From assembly GCA_044343805.1 (NCBI GenBank), contig JBIJDZ010000003.1, forward strand, positions 136-64,135: a stretch of 64,000 nucleotides of DNA, written 5' to 3'. This stretch comes from Chthoniobacterales bacterium (GTDB lineage Bacteria; Verrucomicrobiota; Verrucomicrobiia; Chthoniobacterales; JACTMZ01). The notes under the pieces were generated by a model. That model was given only the letters and a program-made list of their open reading frames with translations, ran no database searches and was not told the DNA's origin. The position numbers and the translations under genes were made by a program. Each line of letters begins with the position of its first letter. Position 1 is the first letter of the stretch. Below are positions 27,679 to 36,988 of the stretch, one piece after another.

Positions 27679-27829
27679 AAAGTTGCGGCTGCTTTTTCAC
27701 GTAATCGTGGCAGGGCTTGTAAGCTACAAAACAAAGCCAGCGGCGACAAACACGCAAATCAGCCGTCTGCCGCCCGGCGGGCTTGCGCGGCAGGTTGGAT
27801 CATCTTAGTATGGAGTTTCGCAACACTTT

Positions 27830-27917
27830 GGAGGGGTGGTAGAGCGGTTTATTGCACCGGTCTTGAAAACCGGAGACCCGCAAGGGTCCGTGGGTTCGAA
27901 TCCCACCCCCTCCGCCA
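27830..27917 (+). tRNA. tRNA-Ser (anticodon UGA), CCA encoded
   Basis: GGAGGGG...CCGGT-CTTGAAA-ACCGG, long variable arm, GTGGG-TTCGAAT-CCCAC, CCCCTCC-G-CCA. Confidence 0.93.
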
Positions 27918-28005
27918 CTCGACGAAGCCGAGTTAAAGCATTTTTGCGGGCCGAGGATCCCCCCGTTCCACCTGACAAAAGTCATCTGCAGGGGAAGTAC
28001 TGTAT

Positions 28006-29262
28006 TCAAGCCTTGGCGACGAGCAGATCGCTCCAGCGGGTGGTGAATTTTTTTGAACGGCGCTCTTGGCGCATCGACCAGTTTTGGGCCACGCCCATGG
28101 ATCCGTAGCGAACCGCACCAGACCCGAGTTTGCGGTTGATACGATCAACCACGACGGCCAGCGCCTGCCGTGACGAATTTTCGGAAGCAACGAACAGGTC
28201 AGGTTGAGCTTTGCTTTCCGGGACCAAGCCGCTCACGATAACTCCTGTTTTTTTATAGAAGTGTCCGGAGCGGTAAATGCGCCGCAGTAACTCCAACGCC
28301 GGCGCGATCAGCCTTGGTGTGGTATTGCAGGGCACGGGTAGACCGGTCTGTGCGGCCGAATGGTGCTGCGGTTGGCTGGAATTGAAAGGGTTGGTTTCGA
28401 CAAAAACTTGCAGATGGGTGGCGAAGAGTTTTGCGGCGCGCAATTTTTCAGCCACCCGCGCGGTGTAAGTAGCCAATGCTTCCTCTAGTTCATCCAGCGA
28501 TTCGATGCGGCGACCGAAAGATCTCGCCGTAGCGATGCTCTGCTTCGAGGGTGGAATCTCCTCCAAGGCCAGACAGGAAAAACCGTTCAACTCCCGGACG
28601 ATGCGCTCACCGACCACGCCAAGCTTTCGCCGCACCCAGCCGATGTCAGCCTGTTGCAGATCCCGTGCCGATCGAATGCCCGCAAGGGCCAGTTTCGCGG
28701 CCGTGCGGCGGCCGATGCCCCAGATATCCGCACAATTCAGGCCCGACAAAATTTCCTGCGCCGCCGCGGATATTTCGAAAAAACCATTGTGCTGCAGTTG
28801 TTTTTTGGCAATGCGGTTGGCGATCTTGGCGAGCGTCTTCGTCGGCCCGATGCCGATAGACACAGGAATTCCGGTCCATTGACGCACGGTCTTCCGCAGA
28901 AAACGGGCAAAATCTTCGCCTTGATCCGGCCCGATGCGCAAAAACGCCTCATCGATCGAATAAATCTCCATGGCTGGGACCAGCGGAGCAATGACGTTCA
29001 TCACCCGGGCCGACATATCGCCATAAAGGGCAAAATTCGAACTGAGCACCCGCACTCCGTGGCGCCGGAAAACCTCGCGGTGCCGGAAGGCGGGTGCCCC
29101 CATGACAATGCCGAGCTTTTTCGATTCCTCGCTGCGGGCAATCACGCACCCGTCGTTATTACTCAAAATAACGACCGGCTGGCCGATCAGTGCCGGATCG
29201 AACACCCTCTCGCAGGAAGCGTAGAAGTTGTTGCAGTCAACCAGAGCAAAACGCGTGCTCAT
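28006..29262 (-). CDS. umuC: Y-family translesion DNA polymerase (UmuC / Pol V catalytic subunit)
   Basis: ATG 29262: MSTRFALVDCNNFYASCERVFDP...PVVILSNNDGCVIARS...SIDEAF. Confidence 0.92.
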   Translation of the reverse strand: MSTRFALVDCNNFYASCERVFDPALIGQPVVILSNNDGCVIARSEESKKLGIVMGAPAFRHREVFRRHGVRVLSSNFALYGDMSARVMNVIAPLVPAMEIYSIDEAFLRIGPDQGEDFARFLRKTVRQWTGIPVSIGIGPTKTLAKIANRIAKKQLQHNGFFEISAAAQEILSGLNCADIWGIGRRTAAKLALAGIRSARDLQQADIGWVRRKLGVVGERIVRELNGFSCLALEEIPPSKQSIATARSFGRRIESLDELEEALATYTARVAEKLRAAKLFATHLQVFVETNPFNSSQPQHHSAAQTGLPVPCNTTPRLIAPALELLRRIYRSGHFYKKTGVIVSGLVPESKAQPDLFVASENSSRQALAVVVDRINRKLGSGAVRYGSMGVAQNWSMRQERRSKKFTTRWSDLLVAKA

Positions 29263-29687
29263 CGTGCCGGGTGAATGATAAAGGTAACCACTCCCCAAAT
29301 CACCAGATCGCAGCTCTCGGTTATCTCAATGGAGGAAAACCCCTCGCTCTCAGCCTCAAGAAAAATTCCGTTTTTCTTTTTACGCAGCCGCTTGACCGTG
29401 AATTCGCCGTCGAGCATGGCCACGACAATGTTACCATTGGCGGCGACGAGAGACCGGTCCACCACCAGAATGTCGCCGTTGTTGATGCCGGCGTCGCGCA
29501 TCGACTCCCCCTGCACCCGCACGAAAAAGGTCGCAGAGGGATGGCGGACCAAGTGCTCGTTCAAATCAAGAGCTCTCTCCAGATGGTCATCCGCCGGCGA
29601 AGGAAAACCCGCCTGCACCTTGGCAGAGACCAGAGGAATGGAACGTTTCGTAAGCGAGACAAGGGGTGCGGGTGACGTCAGCGGCAT
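29259..29687 (-). CDS. umuD: UmuD-like S24 (LexA-type) self-cleaving peptidase
   Basis: 142 aa. AGFPSPADDH...FFVRVQGESMRDAGINNGDILVVDR...NGNIVVAML.GEFTVKRL. ATGA overlap with umuC. Confidence 0.9.
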   Translation of the reverse strand: MPLTSPAPLVSLTKRSIPLVSAKVQAGFPSPADDHLERALDLNEHLVRHPSATFFVRVQGESMRDAGINNGDILVVDRSLVAANGNIVVAMLDGEFTVKRLRKKKNGIFLEAESEGFSSIEITESCDLVIWGVVTFIIHPAR

Positions 29688-29783
29688 GAGATTCTTACTT
29701 TAAGACACCGTTGCATATTCATCCACGGACTTTTACGGGGGGGCCTCGGACACAGGCTGTCCTTACCCTGAACAAAAAAACCG

Positions 29784-29819
29784 CCGCCTGGTGGCAGGCG
29801 GCGGTTTTTGATAGTTAAA
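29784..29819. terminator. Bidirectional-looking rho-independent terminator (serves the minus-strand gene 29826-30152)
   Basis: AAAAAAA-CCGCCGCCTG-GTGG-CAGGCGGCGG-TTTTT. 10-bp GC stem flanked by an A-run and a T-run. Confidence 0.85.
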
Positions 29820-29825
29820 GCGAAT

Positions 29826-30152
29826 TTATAAGCGTGTCGGTTGCACGCTTTCGGCAGCGTCTTTGACGGCTTCGCCGGCGCTTTCCACGGCGGACCCCAC
29901 GGTTTCGGCCGTTTTGTCGGCGGCATCCTTGACCGCTTCCGTCGTGGCTTCAGCAGCTTTCTTGGTTTCTTCGGCCGCAGTCTTGGCAGCTTCTTTTGAA
30001 GCATCCCATGCGCCTTCAGTGACGGCCGCAGCACCCTCGGTCGCTTCGCCTACCTTTTCGGCAGCAGTTTTGGTGTCTTGGGCAGCTTGATCACAAGCGG
30101 ACAATCCGAGTACGGCGACCGCAGCAACAATGAACGTGAAGTATGGTTTCAT
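29826..30152 (-). CDS. LEA/apolipoprotein-like Ala/Glu/Lys-repeat lipoprotein
   Basis: 108 aa. MKPYFTFIVAAVAVLGLSAC (lipobox), then a degenerate repeat of roughly 11 residues: TAAEKVGEATEGAAAVTEGAWDASKEAAKTAAEETKKAAEATTEAVKDAADKTAETVGSAVESAGEAVKDAAESV. Confidence 0.65.
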   Translation of the reverse strand: MKPYFTFIVAAVAVLGLSACDQAAQDTKTAAEKVGEATEGAAAVTEGAWDASKEAAKTAAEETKKAAEATTEAVKDAADKTAETVGSAVESAGEAVKDAAESVQPTRL

Positions 30153-30282
30153 AGCAATTCAAACGGTGCTTACTGACAGCGCTATGGGCAACCCCTTTTT
30201 TGCAAAATTCGGCAACGGCTGGCAGACGCAATCTTGACACAAGGACGCGCAACTGATTCCTTCCCAAGTCCGCGCTGACAAA

Positions 30283-30354
30283 TCCTGAGTAGCTCAGTGG
30301 TAGAGCGGTCGGCTGTTAACCGATTGGTCGTAGGTTCGAATCCTACCTCAGGAG
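30283..30354 (+). tRNA. tRNA-Asn (anticodon GUU)
   Basis: TCCTGAGTAGCTCAGTGGTAGAGCG-GTCGG-CTGTTAA-CCGAT...GTAGG-TTCGAAT-CCTAC-CTCAGGA-G. Confidence 0.95.
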
Positions 30355-30441
30355 CGCAGCTTCTTCCCGCCTGTCGTCGTAGACGCCGCACGGGAAGCTT
30401 GCCACGGTTAGCCTTTCCACCCCAAGGAACGCAGGTTGGCT

Positions 30442-30828
30442 TTATTGTTCGGGGGACGGTGGCGGCTGAGATTTTATCGCCGTGCCAAACGCTTCTCCTG
30501 CTTCGCGGAAAGCCGCACCAAGACCTTCGGCTGCTTGCTTCATTTTTTGCAATCCTTCGGTCATGCGAGCAGCAAGATATTGGGCTTGGAGGTTCTGCCG
30601 CTGCTGATCGAGGGATTCCGCCTCTTGGATTTTACCGGCACTCCGGAGCCGCCCGATTTTTTGGTCCAACCGATCAAATGACTGCTCGATCTTTTCCGCG
30701 GCCTCGGCGGAAGGAGCCGACGGATAAGTCGCTATTTCTTTTTGGAGAGTGTCTACGGTGCGTTGCGCCGAATCGCATCCGGCCACCACGAGCACCGCCA
30801 GCAGAAGGACAGCGGTATTATTTTTCAT
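30442..30828 (-). CDS. Hypothetical coiled-coil lipoprotein
   Basis: 128 aa. MKNNTAVLLLAVLVVAGCDS (lipobox). The rest is helical and Gln/Glu-rich. Confidence 0.6.
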   Translation of the reverse strand: MKNNTAVLLLAVLVVAGCDSAQRTVDTLQKEIATYPSAPSAEAAEKIEQSFDRLDQKIGRLRSAGKIQEAESLDQQRQNLQAQYLAARMTEGLQKMKQAAEGLGAAFREAGEAFGTAIKSQPPPSPEQ

Positions 30829-30834
30829 GAGATA

Positions 30835-32481
<1,647 letters not shown>

Positions 32482-32574
32482 TCATTTTAGCGGAATTGAG
32501 CCTTGGAGCGACAATTCCTTTGTCATTCTGATTTTTAGCGTGAAAGCACCCTCCGGCTACCGCAACCTAAAGGC

Positions 32575-32952
32575 ATGAAACGTCTTGTTCTTCTCTCCTT
32601 ATGCGCGGCATTTCTTGCCGGTTGCGCAGCCATCCAACGCGCCGAACGCAACAGCACCGAGCAGCTTTTGTCCGCCGCCGGTTTCCGAATCCTGCCCGCC
32701 GACACGCCACAGCGCCAAACCTCGCTGGCAGAACTTCCGCCTTACAAACTCCATCGCGAAATTCGTGGAAGCAACGTTTATTACGTCTACGCCAGCCCGG
32801 AACAAAATTTTGCCTACATCGGCGATCAGGCCGCTTACTCGCGTTACCAAAACCTGATCGTCCAGCAGCAGATCTCCGACCAGAACATGATGGCGGCACA
32901 GATGGCCAGCATGCCCGGCCGTTGGGGCGGCTGGGGCTATTGGGGCTACTAA
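32575..32952 (+). CDS. Hypothetical lipoprotein with WGGWGYWGY tail
   Basis: 125 aa. MKRLVLLSLCAAFLAGC (lipobox). No family recognised. Confidence 0.6.
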   Translation: MKRLVLLSLCAAFLAGCAAIQRAERNSTEQLLSAAGFRILPADTPQRQTSLAELPPYKLHREIRGSNVYYVYASPEQNFAYIGDQAAYSRYQNLIVQQQISDQNMMAAQMASMPGRWGGWGYWGY

Positions 32953-32958
32953 GATTTG

Positions 32959-33579
32959 ATGCCCGGACTGTCATCACCTCGCATCCTTTGGATTTCCGGG
33001 TGGTCCGTGCCCGCACCCTGGCTGGCCGGGGAAGCTCGCACCGCCCTGCCGGAATACGAACACTCAGCGATCACACCCGACGCCGAAGCGGTCTTCAGCG
33101 CATTGCAATCCGAAGCGGATATACTCGGCGGTTTTTCCTTCGGCGCCCACCTCCTCTTGAGTATTGATGACCCACGCCCGCGTATCCTGCTTGCTCCATT
33201 TGTGGATTTGAAATCCGAAGCCGGGCTTGGCGGCGCTGTTGCCACAACGCAAATCAAACATCTCCTGCGCTGGTTGAAACGCGACCCTGTTGCAGCGATT
33301 GCCGACTATCACCATCGCATCGGTACCTCGCCTCCACCGCAGCCCGATCCACACGATATCCCTAAACTCGCATGGGGGCTGGAGCAAATGCTTGCTCTTA
33401 CGCCAGTATCGGGGCGCTTGCCTTCGGGCAGCATCGCCGTGGCAGGAAAAAACGATCCATTGTTGGACACCGAGACTTTGAAAAAAAACCTCCCATGTCT
33501 GCAGGTGATTGATTGCGGTCACCAACTGCAGCCTTTGCTCGCAGCGGCAGGCTGGTTACGGCAAAATGCCGGCTCATGA
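32959..33579 (+). CDS. Compact alpha/beta hydrolase, putative pimeloyl-ACP methyl ester esterase (BioH/BioG-like)
   Basis: ATG 32959 (the track start at 32956 is TTG). ILWISGWSVPAPW, nucleophile elbow GFSFG, NDPLL, and CGHQ give a Ser/Asp/His set. Lies directly upstream of bioC and overlaps it. Confidence 0.6.
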   Translation: MPGLSSPRILWISGWSVPAPWLAGEARTALPEYEHSAITPDAEAVFSALQSEADILGGFSFGAHLLLSIDDPRPRILLAPFVDLKSEAGLGGAVATTQIKHLLRWLKRDPVAAIADYHHRIGTSPPPQPDPHDIPKLAWGLEQMLALTPVSGRLPSGSIAVAGKNDPLLDTETLKKNLPCLQVIDCGHQLQPLLAAAGWLRQNAGS

Positions 33580-34307
33580 CAATCTTCGCGGCCGTTCCGG
33601 ATTTCGATCGTCGCGCCACGCAATACGAGCAGCACGCGCAAGTGCAGCGCAGGGCCGCCCAGTGGCTGGCCGAATGGGTTCCCAGCCGCGTTGAAGGTCC
33701 GGCACTGGAACTCGGCGCCGGCACGGGCCTTTTTACGCAATTCATTGCCTCGGCCTGCGACCAACTTTTGGCCACGGATATCTCCATACGCATGGTCGAG
33801 AGAGGCTCCCGCAAGCTGAGCAAACCGCGCTGGCTTGTCAGCGACGCCAACAAGCCTCCCACCGATTGCGTCTACCGGTGGATCTTCAGCTGCAGTCTTG
33901 CGCAATGGCTCACCAATCCCCAGACCACCTTCGCCCGCTGGCGCTCTGTCGCGGCGCCAGGAGCACACCTCGTTGCAGGTTGGTTTATTGACGGAACGAT
34001 GCAGAAACTGTTCGAAGGATGCCCGGAAACTTCCGTCATATGCTGGCGCAGCGAGCAGGAGTGGCGCGATATTTTGCAGCAAAGCGGATGGACCGTGCAA
34101 AGACACGACACTTGCCTCTTTTCATTGCAACACTCCAGCACCGCCAACCTCCTCCGCGATCTGCACAACCTCGGCGCCGTGGTTCCCCGACGACTCACAA
34201 CAAGCCAGCTCCGCCGCGTCATTCGTGTTCACGATCAACAAAATCGTGTCGATGGTGTCGTGACCACGCCATTTGTTTTTATGCGGGTGGAGGCAACCAA
34301 TCAGTGA
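33576..34307 (+). CDS. bioC: Malonyl-ACP O-methyltransferase
   Basis: ATG 33576 (ATGA overlap). FDRRATQYEQHAQVQRRAAQWLAEWV....ALELGAGTGLFTQ (SAM motif I). Confidence 0.8.
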   Translation: MTIFAAVPDFDRRATQYEQHAQVQRRAAQWLAEWVPSRVEGPALELGAGTGLFTQFIASACDQLLATDISIRMVERGSRKLSKPRWLVSDANKPPTDCVYRWIFSCSLAQWLTNPQTTFARWRSVAAPGAHLVAGWFIDGTMQKLFEGCPETSVICWRSEQEWRDILQQSGWTVQRHDTCLFSLQHSSTANLLRDLHNLGAVVPRRLTTSQLRRVIRVHDQQNRVDGVVTTPFVFMRVEATNQ

Positions 34308-34783
34308 GTGCCTTGCCCTCGCAGGTTTCCGGCGAAGTACTTTTGGCCCCAACCCTACTTATTTTGGAAAATTACCGCCGCTTGTTCGGTCATGATTTGG
34401 TGACCAACAATGAGTCGGCCAGTGCGGTCGAGGCACTTTTTCAAGCACCTTGTGCCGTGCTGAGCGCTCTCGGGCCATCGGGCACGGATCATTTGTTTAA
34501 TTACGCCAATCGGTCCGCCCTTTCCGTTTTTGAGACTACTTGGGATCAATTCATCGGATTACCTTCGAGCTGGAGCGCCGAACCGGCGCATCAGGACAAA
34601 CGGCGGGAGCTGTTGGATGAAGTCGAGCAGAACGGCTATATCATGAACTATGCGGGCATCCGCATCAGTCGCCGGGGTAGTCGCTTCCGTATCCTGGGCG
34701 CAACCGTTTTCAATCTGCAGGACAAAACCGGCCATTACGTCGGACAAGCCGCTACTTTTGCGGATTGGGAGCCGATTGATTAG
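34304..34783 (+). CDS. MEKHLA-domain protein (PAS-like)
   Basis: The only in-frame start beyond bioC is GTG 34304 (GTGA overlap with the bioC stop). ...APCAVLSALGPSGTDHLFNYANRSALSVFETTWDQFIGLPSSWSAEP....RRELLDEVEQNGYIMNYAGIRISRRGSRFRILGATVFNLQD..G...GQAATF matches my recollection of bacterial MEKHLA proteins. Confidence 0.7.
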   Translation: MSALPSQVSGEVLLAPTLLILENYRRLFGHDLVTNNESASAVEALFQAPCAVLSALGPSGTDHLFNYANRSALSVFETTWDQFIGLPSSWSAEPAHQDKRRELLDEVEQNGYIMNYAGIRISRRGSRFRILGATVFNLQDKTGHYVGQAATFADWEPID

Positions 34784-35798
34784 CCATACCCTTCCTTCGC
34801 AGTTCCCAGTTAAGCCAAATCGTCGATACGCCTGCGGATATAAAGGATACCGACAAAGCCGCGCCGAGAATCCATGCCGCAGTTGATCCATCTTTGTGCA
34901 TCCAGGCAACCCATCCTGTCCCCAACAAAAGCCAGCCCGTCACGAAAGTTCCCACCCACGCCTTGAAGGGCCGACTTTGCACTGCCACCGCGACGCGCGT
35001 CACCCCGAAAACGCCGAAAACCAGGGCCAGCACACCGTTACTATTGGCCAGTAAGAAGTGATCGTTTGTCCAGATAACTACGCCGCCCGCCATGGACAAA
35101 ACTCCGAACATCACTGTCGAGACAAACGTTCCCCAAGCCCTGGAGGAGAAAGCATAAATGATATCTGAAACACCAATCGCGAAGATCAGCAAAGCGACAA
35201 ACTTCAAGTAATGCGCACCGGTCAACATCGGGGCGGCCAAACCCAGTGCCCCGACAATTACCGCAATCATTCCGAAATACCAAGCCGCAGGGACCGTCGG
35301 GGGCACTTGTTTATAGAGCGGCGTGAAAGCTTCCTCCCCCACCGGCGGGCTCCATCCTCTCTCGCGTTCCAATTCTTTGGTCCTATGACGCACGCGGTAG
35401 GCCCAATCCTGACATTGGTTGCTGAAGAGTGAGTAATAAGCCCCGTCGTCCACCTCATCGAGAGCCTCACAGGCGGCCCGCGCATTGAAACGCGGCGCGA
35501 CAAACCAATACCCTTGCTCGGAGATCTCGACCGGCGTGCGCATCACTTTTCCCATGTCGCGTTCGTGGAAACGCTGGCCATTGTCACCATAGCCAATTTC
35601 TTCCACCACCGACCCGCCTTTCATGAAAAACAGATGGTCATGCCGCAGTTGCAACCGCAACAGCTCACCCAGCCGGTTATTAACCAAGGGATAAAGCCAT
35701 GACATTTTATCCAAGTTGCGTTGCGCAAACTGGGCGTAGTCAGCTTCGGCGGCCTCTGGATTCACGCTTGCTCCTTTCTTTTCCATAGCGCGGAGCAT
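34752..35798 (-). CDS. Fusion of a papain-like thiol-hydrolase-type domain (PPPDE/LRAT-like) with an HdeD/DUF308-like membrane domain
   Basis: ATG 35798, with alternatives at 35786 and TTG 35801. The N-terminal half has His (LRHDHLFFMKGG...EEIGYG) and Cys (YYSLFSNQCQDWAYRV). The C-terminal half has six Gly/Trp-rich TM helices. The 3' end overlaps the convergent MEKHLA gene by 32 nt. Confidence 0.6.
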   Translation of the reverse strand: MLRAMEKKGASVNPEAAEADYAQFAQRNLDKMSWLYPLVNNRLGELLRLQLRHDHLFFMKGGSVVEEIGYGDNGQRFHERDMGKVMRTPVEISEQGYWFVAPRFNARAACEALDEVDDGAYYSLFSNQCQDWAYRVRHRTKELERERGWSPPVGEEAFTPLYKQVPPTVPAAWYFGMIAVIVGALGLAAPMLTGAHYLKFVALLIFAIGVSDIIYAFSSRAWGTFVSTVMFGVLSMAGGVVIWTNDHFLLANSNGVLALVFGVFGVTRVAVAVQSRPFKAWVGTFVTGWLLLGTGWVAWMHKDGSTAAWILGAALSVSFISAGVSTIWLNWELRRKGMANQSAPNPQK

Positions 35799-35898
35799 CA
35801 AGCAACAGCGCAGCGAAGTTCAAGCCTGCCAACTAAAGAAAGAGCCTTTTTGTCCATCTTTGGAAACAAAGATCGCATCAAGAAAAGGTCGGATTCTC

Positions 35899-36720
35899 TC
35901 AAAGCAAACCGCTGGATTTGAAAATATTCGTGGTGATCCGACGCGCATCTTTACCGCTCAATCCATTACCCAGCACCAAACAAGCAAATGCATATTTTTT
36001 CCTGTCGGACTCAACAAAGCCGACCAACCACCCCATATTAAAGTCAACATCCGAACCGGGACCAGCAACCGAGGAGCGCAGTCCGCTGCCAGTTTTACCG
36101 TAAAGCGTCCCATTTGCCGAGGATTCGAGCCTCATCACATCAAGGAGCAATGCAACCGATTCGTCCCTCACAGGCATCTGGCCGTTGACCAAGCGGCAAA
36201 TCAATTCTGTCTGCTGCGCAGGGGTGATCAAGATGGTCGGTTCACCTGCCCGCGGAAGCCAGAAGCTATCAGGGCGTCCAGCCTGGTCCTTGTTGCCATA
36301 GTTGAACTTATCAAGCCACATCTGCATGCGCTTCGTCCCGATTCTTCGAGCCAAGTCTTGGAAAGCAGGAACACATGACACCCCAAATGCTTCACGCCAA
36401 GTCCGGTCCTCGTCCCAGCCGGGAAAATCACGCTTGATGCCGTCCCACCTCCAAAAAATTTCATCCGGTTTTCTGATCAAACCCTCTTCAAGACCGATTA
36501 GCGAATTCCAAATTTTGAACGTCGAGCAAGGTCCAAACGGTGCTGCGGCAGTATCCTCATTGAAAACCATTGAATCACCTGTCGCGCAATCTCGGAGCAC
36601 AAATACCCCGTCAATTCCGCCAAAAACATTTCGCACCGCATCTACTGACAAAGGCATCACGGCCCATGCCGGCGTGAGGAAGCTCAGCCAAAACCAAACA
36701 GTGACAACAAAGCTCTTCAT
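35899..36720 (-). CDS. Class D (OXA-type) beta-lactamase
   Basis: ATG 36720 preceded by AGGGGG. Signal peptide MKSFVVTVWFWLSFLTPAWA. Motifs appear in canonical order: STFK, SCV (SxV), YGN, KTG, WLVG (WxxG). Confidence 0.85.
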   Translation of the reverse strand: MKSFVVTVWFWLSFLTPAWAVMPLSVDAVRNVFGGIDGVFVLRDCATGDSMVFNEDTAAAPFGPCSTFKIWNSLIGLEEGLIRKPDEIFWRWDGIKRDFPGWDEDRTWREAFGVSCVPAFQDLARRIGTKRMQMWLDKFNYGNKDQAGRPDSFWLPRAGEPTILITPAQQTELICRLVNGQMPVRDESVALLLDVMRLESSANGTLYGKTGSGLRSSVAGPGSDVDFNMGWLVGFVESDRKKYAFACLVLGNGLSGKDARRITTNIFKSSGLL

Positions 36721-36778
36721 GCCCCCTTTCAAATTGCACCCAATCCAAACGAACAACTCATCTTGCCCTGTGTATGCC

Positions 36779-36813
36779 AAAAAAACACCCGCCCGACAAA
36801 TGCGGGGCGGGTG
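36779..36813 (-). terminator. Rho-independent terminator of the small Cys-rich peptide gene
   Basis: On the minus strand: CACCCGCCC-cgcatttgtc-GGGCGGGTG followed by TTTTTTT. Confidence 0.85.
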
Positions 36814-36838
36814 GTGATGAAAATTATAACCCTGAAGA

Positions 36839-36988
36839 TTAGCTCTGGGTTTTTTCTTCGGTCTTATCTTTCTTGGATTTGCTGCCATCTTTACAATCGC
36901 CACAGCTTCCACAGCTACCGGCAAAAGATGAGGTGGCAAACGCAGCCATAGAAATGGCCGTAACAGTAATGGTGAGGAGTGATTTCAT
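36839..36988 (-). CDS. Small exported Cys-rich peptide (49-aa precursor)
   Basis: ATG 36988: MKSLLTITVTAISMAAFATSSFA|GSCGSCGDCKDGSKSKKDKTEEKTQS. AAGGAG lies 16 nt upstream, which is long spacing. The track ORF starts at TTG 37027. It has its own terminator and fits exactly in the gap between the beta-lactamase gene and the divergent antiporter gene. Confidence 0.55.
   Translation of the reverse strand: MKSLLTITVTAISMAAFATSSFAGSCGSCGDCKDGSKSKKDKTEEKTQS

Noticed and set aside
27532-28190. ORFs overlapping tRNA-Ser (27532-27936, 27800-28009, 27836-28108, 27933-28190). Similar ORFs overlap tRNA-Gly (3975-4450).
   Set aside because: They span bona fide tRNA genes and intergenic DNA, and have no RBS or recognisable protein features.
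29688-29783. A search for an SOS (LexA) operator upstream of umuD.
   Set aside because: I found no palindrome of the E. coli, Gram-positive or TGTTC-N4-GAACA type by eye, only an isolated GAACA next to the terminator. I therefore do not annotate a regulatory site.
27918-30282. The idea that the tRNA-Ser to tRNA-Asn interval is a genomic island.
   Set aside because: I see no integrase, no direct repeat of the tRNA 3' end, and no obvious compositional break. I kept it only as a low-priority question in the findings.
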